A stretch of DNA of 64,000 nucleotides, from the NCBI GenBank assembly GCA_002633005.1, contig NMRA01000174.1, forward strand, positions 704,047 through 768,046, written 5' to 3'. Shown piece after piece: positions 53,576 to 64,000 of the stretch. The translations under genes and the position numbers were made by a program. This DNA is from Phoronis australis. Lineage: Eukaryota > Animalia > Phoronida. A model generated the notes under the pieces. It was given only the letters and a program-made list of their open reading frames with translations. It was not told where the DNA came from and ran no database searches. The number at the start of each line of letters is the position of its first letter. Position 1 is the first letter of the stretch.

Positions 53576-56420
53576 TCAAAGACATTGGACAGGCTAGGGC
53601 CCTTGACCCTTGTACTCGAAAGCAATCTGAAAATTACTGATGACATTTTGTTTTACTTAAGTACAAACTCAATATTAGTGTCTTACTTTGTGTGCTCAAG
53701 TATACTTAAACCTATAAAAAATACTTGAATCCTCTGTTGTGTGCAAAATATATGTTTTTATTACTCTGAAAATGTGTGTTTTGTAAATTATGCACCATCT
53801 GTAAATTACTTTGAGAATTCGTTGTCTCACCTCCGTACTTCGTCGTCTGCCACAAGTTGAGATTTCTTTGGCCAATCAGCGATAAGCGACGTCGACCATT
53901 TAGACACATTCCCTTCCGGCACTTAGGATTCTCAGTGCACTGACTGACCACTGCATACTCGAGTTAAGTCTCGAAATTTCGAGTAAAGGCCAAGATTTCC
54001 AATTTAAATTCGAACTTATAGCCTAAGATGTTTGGAACACTTTATTCAAAGTTGTTCTCTGCCGGCTCACCAGGTGAAGAATTTCAATATCAATTGATAT
54101 CAAAGCATTTTTACTTTAGTTTAAAATTTCAAAAAAACGACCTGCCACGTGTTCGTCACTTCATCGATTTTTTCCCACAAGGCAAACCACGTCTCCTTAT
54201 TTAGTAAGACTTAGACACATCGCATTTCCCTTATATGGAAAACTTGACATTTGCCCTTCAACGTAAACGAAACAATGGGGATTCAAGCAGCAGCCAGAGT
54301 CCGATTAAGAGTAAGCTCTAACTGTTTAAAATTGGTTATAGAGGTATCGTAGTAGTCAAATATATTCTAAAATGCACTTGGAATTATTTTTGAAAATTTG
54401 GTTGCTTCACTGGTTTGCCTCTTGCCTCATACTGTACTGTCGAGTTCAGATTCGGAGTGCAATCACGCATGATATTCTGTCGCCATTTTGTCAGTCAGCT
54501 GTTTTTGGAATGACTGTAAGCGTATCATGCGCGAATTTATTTAAGTTGGAGGGAGAGTTGAAACTCCGTTGTGAGCACAGACTTTTTCCTTAGTGCGTAT
54601 TTCAAAAATCGTGAATTTCACGATTTTTTTTCTAAAAATTCCCTCAGAGAGGAAATTGAATAACTTTGTAGTAGTTGTTGCGAGATGGTACTTTCGTCAG
54701 GAATTGTTTAAAAGATATTTTTAACGATCTTTTGCGTTCCATGCCTCTTTAATGCTGGGGTCATTAAGTTGAAAGTAGAATTATACAGTCATAGATGTAC
54801 ACTATAATGTACTCCATCACAGAATAATCACCATACCCTTATCTTGGAACTTCGCACAAAAGTAGAATAAAAAATTTCAAAAATGATTGCCAGCACATTA
54901 AGGTCCAGGGTTGCGAGTCGAAAAGCAGGTTTAAAGCACGAGACGCGAAATAACGCAAGTATTTGTGAGATATCGCCATGCATTACAAGCAAAGCACGTA
55001 GACGGTCACAATCTTAAGTTTCGCTCACTATGGAACGGGCCCAGGTCGACGTTAGGAACATGCACCAAAGCGGTTACCACTGACGAACTAGATGTTCACC
55101 AGACTAAAGTGGGAGACTAACCGGCAAGAATTGCCAAATGGACGTGTCCTAGACATAACTTGAGGCTCCTCCAAAATTTGTTCTACCAACAGCGAACCAC
55201 TTTTAATCGAGATTGAAAGCTTTTGAGACTTTTGTAAAAAGATTGTAATGAATGTAGCATTTAGAGATTCACGGATTTAATTCCTCCGCGCAGAAGTTTT
55301 GGCGAAGTTTTTAATAAAGTCATTGTTTCCAGCGGAGATTATACTGTGTGTAATCGCGAATTTAATAATTGATGCCTGGTGAATTGTATGCCCAACAAGA
55401 GGCTTGAGATGCAGTCCTTCAAATCCACTGGCAATGTATTGTTTACTGATGTATTTATGTCGCTATCATAAATAAATGAATGACAAATAGTAACATGTGT
55501 TGTGAAAATGCCACTCAGGTGGATACACACAAAAGAACTTTGAACAACTTGAGAAAAAATGCAGTTGCATACTAGATCATGACAAATCAACATTTTTTAA
55601 TAAAAGTTTGTTTGGTGGTACACTTTTTGTCTACATTTTGGATTTCGTATGACACTTGCTCAAAACCGGTTATCGTAGGCTAACTGATAACAAATCAGTG
55701 ACAGTTACGTGGAAAGTTCGGCTGGGTAAATTTTACGAGTAAGGGAAGCCGAGACTAGCAGAAATGTAATACAATTACCGAAAACTTAAACAAGCAGTTG
55801 GTATTGCTTTTGTTGCCCGCTCTCACCTGATATTTACAAAACAACAAGCATGCTGCGCGCACAGGGAACAAGACGAAGTGTGCTAAAAATATTGTTTACC
55901 GTGAGACTGATTTTGTTTGTGGATAAGCTTGCCGAACACGTCACGTTGATTAGTTTTACTGAAAGCTTTTATACCAGTCGATAAGGTAAGCCATACAGTC
56001 ATTAGCCAACGAAACACGCTGAAATGACAGGTTTGAGTTTTACTAAGCTCTATTTCCATTAATTGTTAATATGTATTTATTCAATGAGTGATTTAAAACT
56101 GCTGTAAACCGACTTCCCGACATTGTTATGAAATTAATCACATATTAACTTTAGTACACAATACTTGATATAGTCTTGTTCCAAGTCTTCATCTATTCTG
56201 CGGATATTTCACCCAATTATACCCGGGACACTGTAAAGACATGCAATCGGATATGAAATCAAGAAAAGCGGCCCCTGACGGACTTAAGATGGGGATTTTT
56301 TGAAACCATACATTCAGTGTAAATTCAAGTAGAGCCAGTAATGCATGCCAGAGTGAATGTGTTCTTGTTTGTTTGTTTCTCTATTGTATTCCATTGTTAA
56401 TTTCTGTTTCTTTGTTCTGC

Positions 56421-56780
56421 AAAAAATCCGATTTGGACCTCCTAAGGTATAGTATGTTCCTTGCATGGCCGGTACGGGCTTTTGATACTGCCGATCTGAC
56501 AGTATTGCTCAGCCTAGGCTCATTTGAACCTACCAAACTCAGTGGGCTTGTCATTTTGCTCTGTGAGGCCAGTTTTGTGCAAACTCGGAAATCACTTTCC
56601 ACCTCAGTAATGACAAGTTCAAACCACTGAGTTGGAAGTTTTGTAATCACGGCTTTCCGCTCTTCGGCGGGGTTACTAAATCGTCACCGTGACGGTGTTA
56701 TGGCCTCAGACTGAGTTAGTTGTGGCTTATGGTATTCAAACGATTTACTGTTAACAATCAATTAAGTAGCTATTTTGAAC
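56421..56780 (-). ncRNA. Candidate ~350-nt structured RNA polymerase III (type 3 promoter) transcript, family unassigned
   Basis: Minus strand: PSE-like TCACTATACGCAACGAAG (56831-56814); GCTTATATATCT (TATA 56807-56801); no T run of 4 or more until T6 at 56426-56421; many nested helices, including a GGAAA-GTGA-TTTCC GNRA hairpin. Confidence 0.5.
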
Positions 56781-56993
56781 TCATTGATGAGCCGAACAGA
56801 TATATAAGCAGGGCTTCGTTGCGTATAGTGATTGCACTAAGATCTATTTAAAAAAGACTAGTACCACGAGAGACCGTTGGGCGCAGCAGACTGTGTGCTG
56901 CAGGCTTTGAAAGTACGAACAAGGCTAAGATCTAACTCTCGGGTATCTGCGTACAAGTTGCTTGGTCAACTGAAGACACCATATATCCCTAGG

Positions 56994-57040
56994 TAACTAT
57001 AAAATCTTTGGCGTAGCCACAAACAAAGATTTTATAGTTA
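56994..57040. promoter_or_regulatory. Perfect 17-bp inverted repeat in the putative bidirectional promoter
   Basis: TAACTATAAAATCTTTG (56994-57010), 13-nt spacer, CAAAGATTTTATAGTTA (57024-57040). Function inferred from position only. Confidence 0.6.
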
Positions 57041-57063
57041 TCTTTGCCACAAATTTTATGCGA

Positions 57064-57147
57064 CGGAAGTAACCGAAGTGTTGTCGGAAATTTACGAACT
57101 ATTACGGCTTTATCCGAGTTGTGGCGTCCATTTTGGTCTATCTCGTG
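57064..57147 (+). promoter_or_regulatory. Probable TSS region / non-coding first exon of the lark-like gene
   Basis: ETS-type CGGAAGT (57064-57070), YY1-like CCATTTTG (57128-57135), donor G|GTAAGT at 57147/57148, CpG-rich surroundings, and a second YY1-like CCGCCATCTT at ~57607. Confidence 0.5.
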
Positions 57148-58689
57148 GTAAGTCTCCCGGCATTTTTATCAGCTCTTTGTTTTGTGATCAAACTTTGAAT
57201 ATCCTAGAAAAATATACAGCTGTTTCAAATAACACAAGGTTAAGATTTAAGTGAAATATGTAATGAAGTAGCTGAGCTGGTAACAGATTGGTCGAGACGA
57301 TGGCTGCTAATGACGGTCGGCGACACAGTCGCTTCAACGTCTCTTTCGAGTTTTGGTTTCTCGTCCAGAGTTTGACGGCGAAAAATCTTCACTTATGGAA
57401 CGGTTACATTGAACCCTATCCCTCAAAAACACTAGTCTGTTACAATGTTGTCGGTTGCAAGAAAACACCTGTTGTTCAGTGGTTAAGTAACTGGTTCTTG
57501 GATGATTTTGAAATCAGGGACCCACTTATCCCACTATATCCACTTTGTTTGTTGCAAATATATATGTATAGTCCGATTACCTCTCGTCGTCAGTCTCCAA
57601 AGGTCGTCCGCCATCTTGTTTCGCGTGCAGCGCTGCCACGCGGGACTTAGCGTTCCAATTTCGAACGCTCGTCTGCACGTTAGGTACTAACCTCTCGGGA
57701 GAAACACGCGTGGAAGAACTGAGACTAAAATTAATGCATTTACCGACTGTTTTTTTGAGACCACTTAAAAACTTGTTGATTTTACTAATGCACTTTTTTG
57801 TTCATTTTCAGAAGATATTTTCNCATTTGTTGTAAGTGTGCCTCTTGATGGAGTTGTGTGCCTTAGTTTTGGAATTAGTGATAACATTGGGCTATTTTCC
57901 CCTTGTTTGGAAAAAATACCATCTCAGAAGGCACAGGCACCTTTCCCAGTAGCTGACTAGATTTCCATTTGTGGAGAATCTGACGTTTACTGCATAATGA
58001 GTCTTCCATGACCATTAGAAAAATATAAATTTGGTACCAGGATTTTCCGCAGATAAGCCCACCCGATGAAATGCCCATGGGTTGAATAAATGCTCTATGT
58101 CTTAAAAACCACGTCCATATTCTGTTTTGTCACTTAATCTGTTCAGTTGGCATTGGCAGTTGAATCCACTTCTAGTTGAAAGATTCTGTGCTCCAGGGTT
58201 ACATCTAGGATTTCAAAAATGGGGTGCCTAAAATGGGTTTTAATGACCCCAAGTCAAATTGGTGTAGTTGGTTACTTTGAAGACTTTGGTCTGCAATAAA
58301 GTCTATTATACCTTAAGCATATCCTAACTAGTGTTTTATTCTGAAGAGGCCCTGAGCTCCCAGAGAAGCTGTTAGGAACTAGGAAGTTAAAAAGGACACC
58401 ACAATGCTTACTTGCTTTTCTTAGGCGTTCACACATTGTCCAAATGCTGATGAGCATGTCTTAAATAAAGTGTCTAAGTTTCAGCCAGTGTGTCCAATTG
58501 GATACAGTGGTCGCCTGCTCGCTGGATGATGGCCTGCTGTGCTTGATTTCACACTCTAAACCCTGTCATCAATTTCTAATTTTCTATTCCTCTACTAGTT
58601 AGTTGTCAGTTGCTGCTTATACAAGTATGCATAATACTGTGCTGTATGATGTATAGCTAGAAGTTTTTAGTGTCTTGTTGGTATTTCAG

Positions 58690-58773
58690 CATTTTGCAAA
58701 AGAAGATGATGCTAGGGGTGCTCTGGCTGGTCTGCAGGGTATGTCAGTTGGTGACCGTACATTAAGGGCAGAG
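58690..58773 (+). CDS. lark: RBM4/lark-like protein, exon completing the RRM
   Basis: TTTCAG|HFAKEDDARGALAGLQGMSVGDRTLRAE|GTAAGT. Phase 0-0; continues ...KNYAFV from exon 63774-63925. Confidence 0.8.
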
Positions 58774-59739
58774 GTAAGTCATGTTTATTGTTTGTTTTAT
58801 GGGGGAAAGTATACTTTTGAAAAATACAGACTGCAGGGATATACCTAGGCCTCAAAACCCAGCTCGGCAGCGGAGCCTGTTTTGCGTCCGTCACAACGGA
58901 CAAACTGGCCATCCCAAATTCAAGAACCTCCAGAAAGACGGCAAAAACAACCATGTCCAAAATTCTGGATTTAATATGGTACAGTACAAGCTGCATATGT
59001 TTCAGTGTGCCTTTTATACTCTTGACACGTCACCAGTGGAAAACGTCACCAAATTTGGTACCACGATAAAAACATTTGTGTTAACAAGTTGAAGTAAAAC
59101 ACCCTTGGAGGAATGCAACAAATTTAACAGCTGCGTAGATCTGTGATCGCCGGCGTATGATTGTTGCACTCGCGGTGAACTAAGTATTAAACCTGTGATA
59201 AAATGTTACAAAACAGCGATGTTTCTACTAATTCTTAAATGATCACCTTACCAAACTTTGTAGTGGAAAAACGTATTCATTTTTCATGTATGGTATCCCT
59301 GACAGTATTGCACTGCGGGACTGTTGTTCGGCAGACGGTCGTGACTTGGAAATGCCGTCAAGATACTGCCCATTTCAACGAGCGTCTAATTTTTTTATTG
59401 AAAAAGACAACAAACATGAAAATGACGACCTTACCAATACCAAACGATGGCTATGACTTGTCTTTCTGTGGGATGTTTTAGAGTCGTGAAGAAATTGTCG
59501 AGCCCTTGTTTCTGGGGATGACCACGTGCAAATTTATGAGTGATATGTCATTCACATGTTGCTGGCAATGTAATGTGTACTCCAGGGATTGAAATATGGG
59601 AACTTACGCATGCACTCACTCCAAAGCCGCATATCAAAAGAGAATGGGGACAGTTCTAAATAAAAGGGTACCGGCTTGGCTCTGAAACGCCGGGATTTTG
59701 ATGGGGAACTTTGATCCCCGGTGCTTTACAATGTTCCCT

Positions 59740-59787
59740 GGGCCCGATTTTCTCCGGGCCCGATTTTCTCCTGACCCGATATTCTCC
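59740..59787. repeat. 16-bp tandem repeat x3
   Basis: GGGCCCGATTTTCTCC twice, then TGACCCGATATTCTCC. Confidence 0.85.
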
Positions 59788-60360
59788 TGTTTTGATGTTT
59801 CTCCAGCTTGATGATCTTTATCTAGCTAATGCAAAACTAATCACTGAATCCGTGAACAACAAATTACAGGATTTTTTGTTGTGAAATTTACACTGAATTG
59901 TTCCCGCACCTCAGTATGTCATTTGGCTAGGGCAACGTGTCGCGAATTTTTTTTCAACGGTCTTTTTCAATCGCCGGAGTTCCAAAATTTGGACTGCAAA
60001 CAATAGGGGGAAGCTTGTTACATTTAAGAGTTGTCTATCTTTGACGACTTCACTGATAATCACATGACAGTTCAGTCCTAGGAAAGTCGCAGGTATTTTT
60101 CCAACGTGTATTTTCTCCCATTTCAAGTTCCACACTTAGCTACTCGAATACACATGTCAGTTAGAGAGCACCGATTCAATTTTCGTGTCGGCAACTAAAT
60201 CTCTCGCTTTAAGATGGCCTGCGAAGTTTCGAAATCGGATGCCCATTCAAATTCTGCACAAAATAAAAGCATCGCTGATATTTAGGTTCCAACTCCGTTC
60301 ACCAGTAAGCCCTCCGTATTGTTTTTGCAAACACGTCTTGCACTCACTGTCACCTTTCTT

Positions 60361-60889
60361 TTAAATGAATCACATCAAGTTTAGCACCCACTGGCTCGGT
60401 TCGAGAACACTGCTTCTTACTACTGGAGCACCGAGACGCGGACCAAAATTAACCTTAAATTCAGGATAATAACACCAAATGGAAGAGAAAATTTATTCAT
60501 TTGGACTCAACTACAAAAGTCTGAGGAAAAATAAAGTGCAGATGTGCTCTGNTATTACCCCTTCAAATTTCCAATCTAAAAATGTTAGGTCATTAATCTG
60601 AGTGACCTTCATAACAGCCCAGTGCGCACAGCAGTGGTGACCTACTTAGCTCAGTGCACAGGGAAAGGTGTCTGAATAGAGGCTTAGCAGGATAAGGGTT
60701 AAATGAATCACATCAAGTTTAGCACCCACTGGCTCGGTTCGAGAACACTGCTTCTTACTACTGGAGCACCGAGACGCGGACCAAAATTAACCTTAAATTC
60801 AGGATAATAACACCAAATGGAAGAGAAAATTTATTCATTTGGACTCAACTACAAAAGTCTGAGGAAAAATAAAGTGCAGATGTGCTCTG
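60361..60889. other. 191-bp direct duplication across a single-N join
   Basis: 60361-60551 matches 60699-60889, with N at 60552. Probable contig overlap. Confidence 0.85.
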
Positions 60890-61249
60890 AAAATTCGCTC
60901 CAGGTCAGTGGTCTTCTACTTGCCCAGCACCGTTATAGTCGCATTGACGACTGGGCGAATGGTTAAGTATATCCCTGTGGAGTGATGTTTTGTTGAAAAT
61001 CGACCCAACGTGTACACTGCCCCTAGACAGTATACATGGAATCCTGTGAAATGGCTCCTTTCAAAGCTGCACTTTTAGGTAGAATGGGGTGATGGCTGTT
61101 TGGTTTAGATTTTATTTCAGATGTATATGGGGTTACTGAGTTATTGTGAAATTAACACAGTCGATAGCTTATTGAATTTCAGTTGCAAGATGGCAGTTGC
61201 TTGAGACATTTTGGCTTATTCCTGGAGTATTTTATGTTTTCCTTTACAG

Positions 61250-61350
61250 TTGTCCAAGAGCTCCGTTAGACAAAAGCCAGGCATGGGAAGTAAAGATGAA
61301 TGCTTCAAGTGTGGTGGACGTGGACATTGGTCAAAAGACTGCCCTTCAGG
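61250..61350 (+). CDS. lark: RBM4/lark-like protein, CCHC zinc-knuckle exon
   Basis: TTTACAG|LSKSSVRQKPGMGSKDECFKCGGRGHWSKDCPSG|GTCAGT. Matches the lark/RBM4 pattern S.SR.R..PGMG...C.RCG..GHWSKECP. Confidence 0.88.
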
Positions 61351-62273
61351 GTCAGTGCATCATTGCATTTTGGAAAGCTAGGTCTTGGTAGTGTTACACG
61401 TAATGGCGAGGAATTCTATTCGCATAGCTTGCTTTGAACGATGATGACTGCATATTTTTGTAAAACTGCCAGTATTTCCCAAGACGTTTCTCGTAGAAAT
61501 CCTTCAGTATGCCCAGTTTCGGTCAAATCTTAATGCTTATACTGTAAAAATTCTCCAATATGGGTAGGTCTCTAGAATTTGGTACAAGGAAACAACCACA
61601 AAAATTAAATTTTCGTGATTATGAAAATTGGGACATTTGGCGTTCACCGTGTTTCTCAAATTTCGGACAATTTGTTTTCAGTCTACAGAGTAATTTTGGC
61701 GTCTCCGGTGATTCTTGAATTTGAGACGGCCAGTGTTGTCTATTTCTAGAGTTTGGGACAAGCTCTTAGAGTTTGGGACAAGCTCTGACTTTGAGCAAAA
61801 TAATAAATTTTTCACGGTCCCAATCTGGAAAATTTTCCCCATAGCTAGCATGTTTCGTTACCGTGTCTCACTCTCGGATGTCTTATGGTAATTCTCTTGT
61901 TTCAGTTTCAAACATAATTTTGAAAAATATCATTTCTCTGTTTTTCAATGGTTGACTTTCTTGCTACGAATAAGGGAAACTTACCCCAAACGTTTTACAG
62001 ATGGGTATATTGCAAACCAAGCTAACGATTAGCTGAAATTTTCTGAGTCTAATGTTGATGAGAAGTAAGATGATATAGATTACCATTTATTCATCACTGT
62101 TGCGTTATGTAGCTGAAGTATTGCTGTAGCATGAAGGGATGGATGGGTGTAGTGTACAACAGTAACTAGTCGTTATTCCAACATTTTGTATTCTAGTTCA
62201 ATTGGAAGAAAAAATGATCTCTATTTCTCAGGAGACTTAGCATTGAAGTGGAGGTAAAGTTTTCCTGGCAATA

Positions 62274-62369
62274 GTCTGATATAACGTGCCGGTGTTTTGA
62301 GAACCAGTTTGATGCCCGTTATTCAGTGGAGAAAACTGGTTCTCAAGATTCGGGCATGTTATATCAGAC
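62274..62369. repeat. Long imperfect inverted repeat (37-bp arms, 22-nt loop)
   Basis: GTCTGATATAACGTGCCGGTGTTTTGAGAACCAGTTT / AAACTGGTTCTCAAGATTCGGGCATGTTATATCAGAC. Confidence 0.85.
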
Positions 62370-63784
62370 CGTTACCGTTTTCCCAACCTCGATACACTAC
62401 TAGAGAACTAGCCATGGGCTCAAAGTTTAGGAAGGAACTCTTCTGAGGATCTCANTCCTAGATCTGCCCCTGAATACTTCTACATGGGCAACACATCATT
62501 GCCCGACAGTGGGGAGGCTATAGCTCCCCCACGTTTTTCAGTGTTGGGTGCCACCCATGTACTATTAGATCGTCAAAAACATCACAAAGTAGCAAAAGAC
62601 CATTTGGGAAGACAAATCACTCTTAACATGAAGGATTTCATCATTTGCGCAACAAAAACTTTGTAACAACTTTATTTCGAACGGTGAAGTTGCGAATGCC
62701 ATTGAACTTCAACGTAGCCGCTGGTGGCGCTGACATGCGGCGACTTAGTGAACTAACGACTGCTGTTTGAAAAGTGCCAATGCGCAGCAGTTTGACAGAA
62801 TTTCTGAAAATCAAGTAATTACCAATTAAAAGAGTGATAAATTCCTCATCTAAAAATCGGGGGGGGCATATTGCGCAAGTGGAAAAACATCAATCTCCCG
62901 ACCGACCAAAATTAGGCCTTCCGGACGATCGAAAACTCGCCATGAAAACTTAGCCTTGACTTCGAGAAAACAACTTGAGGAGATGCGCACGCATCTAAAC
63001 TACATCCTGTCCAAATTTCATGTTTGTATTTGAGAGTATAGTGCTCTTTTGGATAGGAGGAACAAGAGGTACTTTTTCGAAAGTTGATCGCATGGCGGAA
63101 AATCGTCCACTAAAAAAAGCTTACAAAAAATGATTTACCAGCGATAATTTGAGACAAAAAGATTACAAACTTACAAATAAAGACTAAGGTAACGATTTAT
63201 AACACAAAATTGTCTTATAGTTAACTTTGAAGTCGGAAATCGGGTAATTTACCGACGTGGGTTTTACACGGAGGCAGATATGGAGCACCGTGACCTACTT
63301 TTTGATTGTCCTCCCTAATGTATATATATATCATGATGTTGAAATCTATATTTGACTAGTAATAATAAATCACATTTGATCCGATTCTGATTGGACTGAA
63401 TATTTATAAGGTCTGTGTTTAATCGCACATGACCTTTTTTCCTTATTTCCCACAGCAAGTTATACTTGTATGTTGTATGTATGTTTATGTCTAATTTGGC
63501 ATAAGTTTTCATTTAAGCTCTTGATTAATAACTGTAAAGTAACGACATTTTAGTGAAACAAACCCCTAAGATAAAGCCACCAATGTCAACATTGCCATCT
63601 ATCTGTGTTTTTCTCATGTAGGGCTATAGGGCTTATACAAGGCTATGTAACAAGATGCAATTTTGTTTCACTTTTGTGCTAAGTTTTGAACTTTGTTAAT
63701 CGATCTGTTATTGCCGTGCCCACTGTTGCGTTTCAAGACTCCCCATTTAACGGTTGTCTGTCCTCTGTTTCAGTAACCCCAGTC

Positions 63785-63925
63785 ATGTCAAGTAACAGTG
63801 TAGTTACCACAAAACTGTTTGTTGGCAATGTGCCACAAGAACTGACTAGCGTCAAGCTGAGAGAGCTGTGTGTACCCTATGGAGAAGTGGTTGAGTGTGA
63901 CGTCATCAAAAACTATGCATTTGTT
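63785..63925 (+). CDS. lark: RBM4/lark-like protein, ATG-containing exon (N-terminal half of the RRM)
   Basis: Acceptor at 63773; MSSNSVVTTKLFVGNVPQELTSVKLRELCVPYGEVVECDVIKNYAFV|GTAAGT. RNP2 LFVGN and the lark-typical VECD.IKNYAFV. Not in the ORF track. Confidence 0.88.
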
Positions 63926-64000
63926 GTAAGTGTGCCTCTTGATGGAGTTGTGTGCCTTAGTTTTGGAATTAGTGATAACATTGGGCTATTTTCCCCTTGT

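Noticed and set aside
56373-56650. Overlapping 85-aa and 89-aa ORFs on both strands
   Set aside because: Non-ATG starts and no domain; better explained by the structured, GC-richer segment.
56421-56800. Assigning the candidate RNA to RNase P, 7SK, telomerase RNA, U2/U3 or a hammerhead/HDV ribozyme
   Set aside because: Only fragmentary resemblances. AGTCTGA could pair with TCGGATT like RNase P P4, but CR-I GGAA and P1 are missing. There is one GATC only, TAACCC has no alignment region, and there is no CTGANGA/GAAA core.
61441-61560. ATGATGA C-box-like motif in the lark-like intron (possible snoRNA)
   Set aside because: No CTGA D box or terminal stem at a suitable distance.

Overview
Eukaryotic, intron-rich, AT-rich DNA from an animal draft assembly; the repeat landscape and gene content suggest a marine invertebrate, but this is not provable here. 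Contents: (1) 1-21619 (+): a 5'-truncated ABCC10/MRP7 gene with 16 coding exons in the window, traced by GT-AG and reading phase. Two exon blocks appear twice on either side of single-N contig joins and are probably uncollapsed alleles. (2) About 32-53.6 kb: three paralogous small genes (A -, B -, C +). Each has a TATA promoter, a 7-25 nt first coding exon, one 195-nt sushi/CCP exon, a TM exon and phase-2 tail exons. None has a signal peptide; B and C carry PPxY/LPxY motifs and B ends in NPxY. (3) About 56.42-56.83 kb (-): a candidate ~350-nt structured RNA with a U6-like TATA, a PSE-like element and a T6 terminator. I cannot assign it to a known family. It sits head-to-head with (4), an RBM4/lark-like RRM + CCHC gene whose exons are out of order across N-joins. 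The rest holds MITEs (several with 5-bp TSDs, some nested), a Tc1/mariner remnant, and mini- and microsatellites. All calls were made by eye; no searches or folding programs were run.
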